From NCBI GenBank assembly GCA_001792535.1, contig MGGS01000002.1:7155-71154 (forward strand): a DNA stretch of 64,000 bases. The letters are read 5' to 3'. The DNA comes from Candidatus Woesebacteria bacterium RIFCSPHIGHO2_02_FULL_42_20 (lineage in GTDB: Bacteria; Patescibacteriota; Microgenomatia; UBA8517). Below are positions 47,612-54,949 of the stretch, one piece after another; within the stretch, counting starts at the first letter, position 1; the number at the start of each line of letters is the position of its first letter. A program made the translations under genes and the position numbers. The notes below the pieces were generated by a model. It saw nothing but the letters and a program-made list of their open reading frames with translations. It was not told where the DNA came from and made no database searches.

Positions 47612-47856
47612 TGGAAAGCGTACAAGTAATACTGGTGATAGTTGTGGTTTCGCTGACAATTCTTTTCCTTGCCGTGGGTTTTCAGGTTTTTTTAATCATG
47701 CTTGACCTTCGCCGAGCAGTTAAGCGCTTAAATTCGCTTTTGGAAGATTCAATACTCGGGGGTGGGTTACTTCGTCCCGAGAAACTAACAAGTATTTTAG
47801 AAGTGTTTAGACGAAAAAAGAGCCCTTCCGACACCCGCGAGAAAGGCGAGAGTTAG
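47611..47856 (+). CDS. Small single-TM hypothetical protein
   Basis: N-terminal TM; TAATG coupling to the upstream gene. Confidence 0.7.
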   Translation: MESVQVILVIVVVSLTILFLAVGFQVFLIMLDLRRAVKRLNSLLEDSILGGGLLRPEKLTSILEVFRRKKSPSDTREKGES

Positions 47857-47890
47857 TTTACTCGCAAAGTGGTTTGATCCTTGATTCTTG

Positions 47891-47918
47891 CGTATCGATG
47901 TATCAATTCATCGATACG
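47891..47918. terminator. Perfect 10-bp inverted repeat between convergent genes
   Basis: CGTATCGATG-TATCAATT-CATCGATACG; no clear U-tract. Confidence 0.45.
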
Positions 47919-47935
47919 AATAAGATGGACTCGAT

Positions 47936-48307
47936 TTATTTGTACTTGGAATGAGTTTTTAGAAGCTTCTTGTCAAAGCTTTTAAGCTGAGATTTTGAGT
48001 TAAGGACCTCGGCTAGTAATAACGAGTCGTAAAAACTTACCCTTTCATTTTTATAAATATTGAGAGACAAAGGCACGAAAGATGAAGTTGAAACGTTGGG
48101 CTGCTTTATCAAGGAAATTAAAACATTACACAACTCTTTTTTGTTTGCCTTGTAGTGTGTCTCAAGAATATAAACTACTTCAGCCAGTACAATATTGGCA
48201 ATATAAATTTTGTCATTTTCAATAATTTTCTTTGCGGTTTCTGCTTGGACTTTTATATCTTTGGTTAGAAAGCGGACGAGGTAGTTTGTGTCCAGGTATG
48301 TAGCCAT
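47936..48307 (-). CDS. PIN-domain VapC-family toxin
   Basis: LDTNYLVRF, VLAE, SFYDSL, SFDKKL. Confidence 0.9.
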   Translation of the reverse strand: MATYLDTNYLVRFLTKDIKVQAETAKKIIENDKIYIANIVLAEVVYILETHYKANKKELCNVLISLIKQPNVSTSSFVPLSLNIYKNERVSFYDSLLLAEVLNSKSQLKSFDKKLLKTHSKYK

Positions 48308-48308
48308 T

Positions 48309-48548
48309 TTATCTGTCTGAAAATAGACCCTTTTTTATCAAATCGTTCATTTTCTTAAAAGAAAGTGGTTTGACTTTGGAGCTTTTTAGTGATCCATAAA
48401 GTTGGTCTATCGATAGTAGTTTTTCGATAACGAATTTACCTCCGATTTTATTAAAAATGATCTTGTCGGAGGGTTTAACGTTTAGTTCCCTCCTGATATT
48501 AACAGGAAGGGTAACCTGGCCTTTAACAGTTAAGGTGGATGTTAACAT
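48309..48548 (-). CDS. AbrB/MazE/SpoVT-family antitoxin
   Basis: STLTVKGQVTLPVNIRRELNVKPSD; promoter TTGACA-17-TAGTAT-8-ATG. Confidence 0.9.
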   Translation of the reverse strand: MLTSTLTVKGQVTLPVNIRRELNVKPSDKIIFNKIGGKFVIEKLLSIDQLYGSLKSSKVKPLSFKKMNDLIKKGLFSDR

Positions 48549-48676
48549 ATACTTACATACTAAAACAAGTATTACTTTTTGTCAATAGTAATACTTTACT
48601 ATTAATTAGGAGTAAAAACTTCTGTATGTTTTGACGAGTAGAATGATACTTTATTTGATTGTATAATAGCTTCACG

Positions 48677-50497
48677 GTGACGAGTAACGAAGTTAGGAAA
48701 AAATATATTGATTTTTTTGTTAAAAGGGGACATGTGGAAATTCCGCCGGCTCCGCTTGTTTTAGAAAATGATCCAACTACTCTTTTTACTTCAAGCGGTA
48801 TGCAGCCACTTGTTCCCTATTTGATGGGTGAGCCTCATCCAAAGGGCAAGCGATTAGTTAATTCCCAGCCGTCTGTTCGAGCCCATGGAAAGAATGACGA
48901 TATGTTGGAGGTTGGTGACAACAGACATTTAACTGTTTTTGAAATGCTTGGGAATTGGAGTTTGGGTGATTACTTTAAGGAGGAACAGCTCCCTTGGTTT
49001 TTGGAATATCTGACAAAACAACTTGGCCTCTCTAGGGCTAGTCTTTGGGTATCGATTTTTGAAGGTTATAAAAATATTCCAAAAGATATCGTTTCATTTG
49101 AGATATGGAAAAAGTTGGGTATAGCGGAGAATAGAATTTTATATTACGACGTTAAGAAGAATTGGTGGAGCCGCTCTGGAACTCCCGACGAAATGCCAAC
49201 AAATGAAATCGGCGGCCCGACATCTGAAGTGTTTTTTGACTTTGGTGAGAATTTGGGAATTCATGAAAAATCTCCTTTTAAGGTTGATAAATGCCATCCA
49301 AATTGCGATTGTGGCAGATTTTTGGAAATTGGAAACTCGGTTTTCATGCAATATATCAAAACGAAAGACGGCTCGCTAAAGGAGTTGCCTCAGAAGAACG
49401 TTGACTTCGGCGGCGGGCTGGAAAGACAGGCGGCTGCTGTAAATAATGACCCAGATACTTTTAAAACAGATTTATTTTTTAGCCTGATATCAATCATTGC
49501 TAAAAATGTTGGTGAGGATTACGACAAGTCAGGAAACAAGAATGCTTATCGAATAATCGCTGACCATCTTAAGGCTTCAACTTTTCTAGCAGTTAACGGC
49601 GTGGTTCCATCCAACAAGGAGCATGGCTATATACTTCGCCGATTGCTAAGAAGAGCGATAGTTAAGACACATTTGCTAAATAGCGAGATTGATCCCGTAC
49701 CAATGTTTTGGCAACTTGCACAAGAGACTACTGAGATTTATGACGACGTTTACATGGATTCAAAGAAAGATGGGAAAATTGTAGGCGAAATATTTAAAGA
49801 TGAAGTTGAAAAATTCAATAGGAGTCTTGATCGAGGGCTAAAGATAATTAACACTAAAGAAAAAATTGGCGCGAAGGAAGCCTTTGATTTATATCAGTCA
49901 CAAGGCTTTCCTCTGGAACTAATTGAAGAACTTATGGCTGAGAAAGGCCAAAAAATAGACAAAGAGGAATTTAAAAAAGAATTTGAAAAACACCAAGAAA
50001 AGTCCAGAACTGCCGGTCGTGGCATGTTCAAAGGCGGGCTTGGGGGACATTCGGAAACGGAAATTAAATATCACACTGCGACTCATTTATTACATCAGGC
50101 CTTGCGGGATGTCTTGGGTGATCATGTTCACCAAGCAGGAAGCAACATTAATTCCGACCGCTTGAGATTTGATTTCACTCACCCAACAAAGCTTACAGAA
50201 GAAGAAATCAAAAAAGTAGAGAACGAAATTAATTCAAAAGTCGACGAGGATTTGAAAGTGATTAGAGAGGAAATGCCAAAAGAGGAAGCCCTCAAAAAAG
50301 GCGCTTTGGCATTTTTCCCCGAGCGCTATCCCGACATGACATCCGTTTATACAATCGGGGAAGTCGATAAGCCTTACAGCATGGAACTTTGCGGCGGGTC
50401 GCATGTAACTTCGACTGGCGTAATCGGGCGTGTTAGAATAAAAAAGCAGGAATCCGTAAGCTCCGGCGTTAGGCGGATTTATGCGCTTTTAGAATAA
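48677..50497 (+). CDS. alaS: Alanyl-tRNA synthetase, short form without C-Ala domain
   Basis: LFTSSGMQP, FEMLGNWS, VDFGGGLER, HTATHLLH, ELCGGSH, GVRRI; start reassigned to GTG 48677 (MTSNEVR). Confidence 0.97.
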   Translation: MTSNEVRKKYIDFFVKRGHVEIPPAPLVLENDPTTLFTSSGMQPLVPYLMGEPHPKGKRLVNSQPSVRAHGKNDDMLEVGDNRHLTVFEMLGNWSLGDYFKEEQLPWFLEYLTKQLGLSRASLWVSIFEGYKNIPKDIVSFEIWKKLGIAENRILYYDVKKNWWSRSGTPDEMPTNEIGGPTSEVFFDFGENLGIHEKSPFKVDKCHPNCDCGRFLEIGNSVFMQYIKTKDGSLKELPQKNVDFGGGLERQAAAVNNDPDTFKTDLFFSLISIIAKNVGEDYDKSGNKNAYRIIADHLKASTFLAVNGVVPSNKEHGYILRRLLRRAIVKTHLLNSEIDPVPMFWQLAQETTEIYDDVYMDSKKDGKIVGEIFKDEVEKFNRSLDRGLKIINTKEKIGAKEAFDLYQSQGFPLELIEELMAEKGQKIDKEEFKKEFEKHQEKSRTAGRGMFKGGLGGHSETEIKYHTATHLLHQALRDVLGDHVHQAGSNINSDRLRFDFTHPTKLTEEEIKKVENEINSKVDEDLKVIREEMPKEEALKKGALAFFPERYPDMTSVYTIGEVDKPYSMELCGGSHVTSTGVIGRVRIKKQESVSSGVRRIYALLE

Positions 50498-50506
50498 AAT
50501 CTGTCC

Positions 50507-52642
50507 ATGAGTTTGATTAAATTTGGCTTAAAAGAAGCCGACAAAGAGCATTACTGGACCTTAATAATTGAAGAAGGCTGGGTCCAGAGTGCCATTTGGA
50601 AAATTGACGAAAAAGACGAGGAGGCACAGGTTGTTTCATTTAGCTCTCCTGTTCGCTTCGAAAGCGATGATGACTTGGTTGAAACCGTTGATACTTCTCT
50701 TTCGGCTACAATTCAAAGCTTACCCAAGGAATTCCCTGAGCCGTCAAAAACTGTTTTTGGGGTACCTTCCTCATGGGTGAACAATGGTCAAATAGTGCCG
50801 GAGCACTTGGAGAAAATAAGGCACATCTGCTCAAAGCTTTCCTTAGCACCTACCGGATTCGTCGTACTGTCTGAAGCTATTGCGTTTTTAACTAAGACAC
50901 AAGAAGGTTCTCCGCTAAGTGCCGTGGTAATTGGCCTGACAGCTACAAGCCTTGAACTAAGCATTTTTAAGCTTGGCAAGTTGATTGGCAATACCAAGGT
51001 GGCTCGAAGTGTATCTTTATTTGACGACGCGGTTGAAGGTGTTTCGCGCTTTACTGACGGGATGCCTTTGCCTTCGCGGTTTTTAGTTTATGACGGTAAA
51101 GAGGGCGAAATGGATGAGGCCAAAGAAGCGCTTATTTCTGCTGACTGGTCAGCTAATACTTCTGATAAGGTTAAATTTATTCACTCTCCCAAAGTTGAAA
51201 CAGTGAGTGTTAATGATAAGATTCTGGCAGTTTCGTTGGCTGGTTCTTCTGAGATCGGAAAAGTGAAAAGTGTCATAATGACGGGCATAAAAAGCGAAGA
51301 TGCGGAGGAAAAGGTTGAAGTAACCGATGTGGTAAGTAATATCCGTGAAAACGAAATTACAGCAGGCGACTTGGGATTTGTAAATGATGAAGATGTTGTT
51401 ATCGAGGAAAAAATTCCCGTCTCTGAAACCAAAGTCCATAAAGTAACACCGAAATTTAAAAATCCGTTCGCTTTTCCGAAGTTTAAGGTGAGCTCGGGCG
51501 GATCGTCCGGTAAAAAAATGCTAATCGTCGGGTTTTTACTGTTTTCTGTGATTATTATAGGTCTTACTTTGGCTTGGTGGTTTTTACCTAAGGCAACAGT
51601 CACCATTTTTGTCTCCCCCAAAACCTTGCAGGAAAAAGACACCATCTCAATAGATATAAATGCAACGGGGGCCAATCTGGAGGCGAAAGTTATTCCCGGC
51701 AGAATAGAAAAAGTCAAGGTAGATGGTAGTAAAACAAAGTCGGTAACAGGTACCAAAGTTGTTGGTGATAAAGCTAAAGGAACCGTCAAAGTCAGAAACG
51801 GCACGCCGACCGACGTCAGTTTTGCCGCCGGTACCGTTATGGAAGGGCCGAATGGGTTAAAGTTCGGCCTAGATGAGTCGGTGTCGGTTTCAAGCGCAAT
51901 TTCGCCGACTTTACCGGGGACAGAAAATGTTTCGGTTACTGCCGAAGCCATTGGTTCGGAATATAACTTGGCTAAGGACGAAACGTTTAAAATGAGTAAT
52001 TATCCGAAAAGTGAGATTGACGCGGTTGGTGAGGCCGATTTTTCTGGAGGTAGTAGCCGTGAAATTTCGGCTGTTTCGCAAGATGATGTTGAGCAGCTTG
52101 AGAAGAGTTTAACGGATGAACTTGAAGATCAGGCCGAAGAAAAAATGATGGCTACGCTTGCTGCGGACGAAAGTTTTATCGAAGGCACTGTGACTTCGAG
52201 TGTTGCCGAGAGGGAGTTTGATCATAAAGTCGGGGACGAGGCTGCAAGTGTCGAACTGTCTTTGTCATTGGAAGTAAGCGCTTTAGTCGTGGACAGCATC
52301 GACTTAGATGGCCTTGCATCAAAGCTTTTGGAAGACCAGACCCCTCAAGGATTTTTGTTCAGAAATGAACAAGTGGATAAGACTTTTAAATTAGAAGGTC
52401 AGAGCAATGGTGTTTATAAGGTTACGATTAGCTTTGTGGCCAATCTTTTGCCCAATCTTAAAGTAGACGAAATTGCGAGTAAAATTTCGGGTAAGTATAC
52501 GGACGTGGCAAGCAATTATTTGCAAACGATACCAGGATTTAAAAAAGCCCAAATCAGTATTAACCCGAGGTTCCCTGGTAAGCTTGGTACTTTACCAAAT
52601 GTAAAAAATAATATATCAATAGAGATCTCTGCGAGTAAGTAA
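50507..52642 (+). CDS. Bitopic membrane protein: FtsA/PilM-like cytoplasmic domain, TM and baseplate-J-like extracellular domain
   Basis: N-terminal beta-beta-alpha pattern with TVFGVP and VLSEAIA; TM at about residues 339-359; VKVRNG...AAGTV...GLKF...VTAEAIGSEYNL...FSGG resembles baseplate J/gp47. Domain calls are from motif recognition only. Confidence 0.6.
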   Translation: MSLIKFGLKEADKEHYWTLIIEEGWVQSAIWKIDEKDEEAQVVSFSSPVRFESDDDLVETVDTSLSATIQSLPKEFPEPSKTVFGVPSSWVNNGQIVPEHLEKIRHICSKLSLAPTGFVVLSEAIAFLTKTQEGSPLSAVVIGLTATSLELSIFKLGKLIGNTKVARSVSLFDDAVEGVSRFTDGMPLPSRFLVYDGKEGEMDEAKEALISADWSANTSDKVKFIHSPKVETVSVNDKILAVSLAGSSEIGKVKSVIMTGIKSEDAEEKVEVTDVVSNIRENEITAGDLGFVNDEDVVIEEKIPVSETKVHKVTPKFKNPFAFPKFKVSSGGSSGKKMLIVGFLLFSVIIIGLTLAWWFLPKATVTIFVSPKTLQEKDTISIDINATGANLEAKVIPGRIEKVKVDGSKTKSVTGTKVVGDKAKGTVKVRNGTPTDVSFAAGTVMEGPNGLKFGLDESVSVSSAISPTLPGTENVSVTAEAIGSEYNLAKDETFKMSNYPKSEIDAVGEADFSGGSSREISAVSQDDVEQLEKSLTDELEDQAEEKMMATLAADESFIEGTVTSSVAEREFDHKVGDEAASVELSLSLEVSALVVDSIDLDGLASKLLEDQTPQGFLFRNEQVDKTFKLEGQSNGVYKVTISFVANLLPNLKVDEIASKISGKYTDVASNYLQTIPGFKKAQISINPRFPGKLGTLPNVKNNISIEISASK

Positions 52643-52644
52643 AT

Positions 52645-53316
52645 ATGCGAAGAACTCTGTCAAAAATTGCATCGGTTATTTTGGGTTTGGTGGGGATTTT
52701 TATGCTTGCCTCTACTCTCTTTCCGATTTTTTCGTACGAAATCTCAACACGCGATACCTTTTCCAATTATTTGTCTCCTGTTCCCGAAGGCGATATGGTA
52801 ATATTTGAAGCGTCGGGGGATGATCTGACTTTGGCGAGCAACTGGTTTGAAGGTGGGGCTGCGAGAGAAGATTTTGCCAATGTCGGTAACATTGACTATT
52901 ATACACTTTCTATCCCAAAGTTTGGAATTGAAAACGCGACTGTGTCCGTCGGCGGGGAAGACTTAGCCGAAAGCTTAATCCAGTATCCGGGTACTGCTCT
53001 TCCCGGGAAAATGGGGAATACTGTAATTTTTGGCCACTCGATTCTGCCTCAATTTTTTAACCCCAAAAGCTATCTATCAATTTTCTCCAGGCTGCCCGAG
53101 CTTAAAAAAAATGACGAGATAGAGGTTTATTATGATGGCATAGCTTATCTTTATAGAGTTGTAGATTTGGTGGAAGTAGATCCGGATAATTTAAATGTGT
53201 TGGAACAGCGATGGGGAGATGCATTTTTGAGTCTTGTCACTTGTGTCCCCCCGGGAGACCCCAGAAAACCCAGAAGACTAGTTGTTAGGGCAAAAGTAGT
53301 TCCTCCAGAAAAATGA
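52645..53316 (+). CDS. Sortase
   Basis: LSIPKFGI, YPGTALPG...GNTVIFGHS, LSLVTC, RRLVVRA (His/Cys/Arg triad). Confidence 0.93.
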   Translation: MRRTLSKIASVILGLVGIFMLASTLFPIFSYEISTRDTFSNYLSPVPEGDMVIFEASGDDLTLASNWFEGGAAREDFANVGNIDYYTLSIPKFGIENATVSVGGEDLAESLIQYPGTALPGKMGNTVIFGHSILPQFFNPKSYLSIFSRLPELKKNDEIEVYYDGIAYLYRVVDLVEVDPDNLNVLEQRWGDAFLSLVTCVPPGDPRKPRRLVVRAKVVPPEK

Positions 53317-53690
53317 GGTTTATTGGAATAGACTATGGCGCAAGCAAAATTGGGCTAGCCTCTTCGGAGACTAAAATCGCTGAGCCGTTAACTGTGCTGC
53401 GAGGAAATCGCCTTTTTGAAAGAACTGTCGATTTGATTAAAAAATATTCTCCGGAAATGGTTGTCGTAGGTATATCAGAAAATGAGTCGGGCAAGCAGTC
53501 CAGGGAATTTGCAAGACGGCTTTCCAAAACTACCGGTATTAAGACCGTTTTGGAAGACGAAACTCTTAGCACCTACGAGGCGCAAAATCTGGCGAGACTG
53601 CAAAACATAGGTAGACGTCGTCGGAGTAAGTTGGAGGATGCATTCGCTGCAACTATTGTGTTACAATCTTATCTAGACAAAAATGTTTAA
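53313..53690 (+). CDS. ruvX: YqgF/RuvX-family RNase H-fold nuclease
   Basis: IGIDYG...IGLA, VVVG, DETLST, DAFAATIVLQSYLD. Confidence 0.93.
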   Translation: MRFIGIDYGASKIGLASSETKIAEPLTVLRGNRLFERTVDLIKKYSPEMVVVGISENESGKQSREFARRLSKTTGIKTVLEDETLSTYEAQNLARLQNIGRRRRSKLEDAFAATIVLQSYLDKNV

Positions 53691-53883
53691 AAATGTAATT
53701 GCTCCCATTCAAGCTTGGCTCTTGTCGCAAGGCAAGTGTGTTGGCTGTTCAACACTTTTGGCTAAGGGTAAAAAAGAGAAGCATCCCAATGGTGAAAAAG
53801 TTACTTGTGTAAAATGCGGTAGGATCTATATTTACGACTCTAAAACCAAAAAATACCGCCGCGCGCTTCTTGACGAAGTTTAG
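53683..53883 (+). CDS. Small zinc-ribbon protein
   Basis: CVGC...CVKC; overlaps the ruvX stop. Confidence 0.75.
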   Translation: MFKNVIAPIQAWLLSQGKCVGCSTLLAKGKKEKHPNGEKVTCVKCGRIYIYDSKTKKYRRALLDEV

Positions 53884-53887
53884 ATTA

Positions 53888-54841
53888 ATGAAAAAAAGCT
53901 TTTTGGTTTTCGTGGTTTTGTTGCTATTTGCTGTATCAACGGCTATTAGTGTGGTGGTTTGGTGGAATAGCGCGATGAAGGCACCGTCCAGCGATTCTTC
54001 AAAAACAAGATTTTTAATAACCAAGGGAATGAGTGCGGGAGAGATAGCCAAGAAACTTGAAGGTGAGGGGCTAATTAAAAGCGAACTAGCATTTAGGATT
54101 TATGTTCAGATTAACGACTTAAGCAAAAATATTCCCGCTGGTGAATATGACATTTCGAAAAATCTGGATTTAAAGGGAGTGATAAGTGCGCTTCTTGGCG
54201 GACCGTCGGAAGTTTGGGTGACTATTCCGGAAGGGCTGCGGCGCGAGGAAATTGCTAAAAAACTGGTCTTGGCGCTGGGTTTGACTTTAGACGAAGCTAA
54301 GTTGTTTGAAGGCGAGTTTTTGAGGTATTCTGCCGGCCTTGAGGGTTATCTTTTTCCGGATACTTATTTGTTTCCCAAAGACGTTGCCGCGGAAAAGGTT
54401 GTGGCCAGATTAAATGAAGTCTTTGGGACTAGGGCAGGCGAAATTTCCTCAAACCAAGTGATACTGGCTTCATTGATTGAGCGGGAAACCAAAGGTAACC
54501 AGGAAAAACCCGTCGTCGCGGGGATTATTTTAAAAAGACTCTCCGCCGATTGGCCTTTGCAGATTGACGCGACGGTTCAGTATGCTGTTGGTTCAGTTGA
54601 CGATTGGTGGCCGATATTAACACGGGAAGATTTGGAGATAAACTCTCCTTATAATTCGTACAAAAATCAAGGATTCCCTCCCACTCCGATTGCAAATCCG
54701 GGGCTTGCGTCAATTAATGCGGCTAAAAAACCCGAAGAGTCTGACTATTGGTTTTACCTTCATGACTCCTCGGGACAAATTCACTATGCTGCCACTCTTG
54801 AGGAACATAACGAAAATATAAGCAAGTATTTGGGAAAGTAG
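53888..54841 (+). CDS. mltG: Endolytic transglycosylase MltG (YceG)
   Basis: VTIPEG, LEGYLFPDTY, LASLIERE, LQIDATVQY, SPYNSY, PPTPIANPG; start at ATG 53888. Confidence 0.95.
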   Translation: MKKSFLVFVVLLLFAVSTAISVVVWWNSAMKAPSSDSSKTRFLITKGMSAGEIAKKLEGEGLIKSELAFRIYVQINDLSKNIPAGEYDISKNLDLKGVISALLGGPSEVWVTIPEGLRREEIAKKLVLALGLTLDEAKLFEGEFLRYSAGLEGYLFPDTYLFPKDVAAEKVVARLNEVFGTRAGEISSNQVILASLIERETKGNQEKPVVAGIILKRLSADWPLQIDATVQYAVGSVDDWWPILTREDLEINSPYNSYKNQGFPPTPIANPGLASINAAKKPEESDYWFYLHDSSGQIHYAATLEEHNENISKYLGK

Positions 54842-54848
54842 AGACCTC

Positions 54849-54931
54849 TTGACAAAGTAGATATCCTATATATAATTACCTTCAAGCCTACTGTTGTAGG
54901 TTGGTCCCGCGTCTGGTGTGCGGGCATTTTT
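54849..54931 (+). promoter_or_regulatory. rpoB promoter and two-hairpin leader with U-tract
   Basis: TTGACA-16-TATAAT; AGCCTAC-TGTT-GTAGGTT; CCCGCG...TGCGGG-CATTTTT. Confidence 0.65.
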
Positions 54932-54949
54932 AAGTTAAAAAAACTTGCG

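Noticed and set aside
51181-51951. 256-aa antisense ORF; also those at 41814 and 47042
   Set aside because: Almost wholly opposite well-supported genes, with no motifs of their own.
50507-52642. Prophage or contractile injection system inferred from the baseplate-like domain
   Set aside because: No sheath, tube, spike, capsid, terminase or integrase genes; the context is housekeeping.
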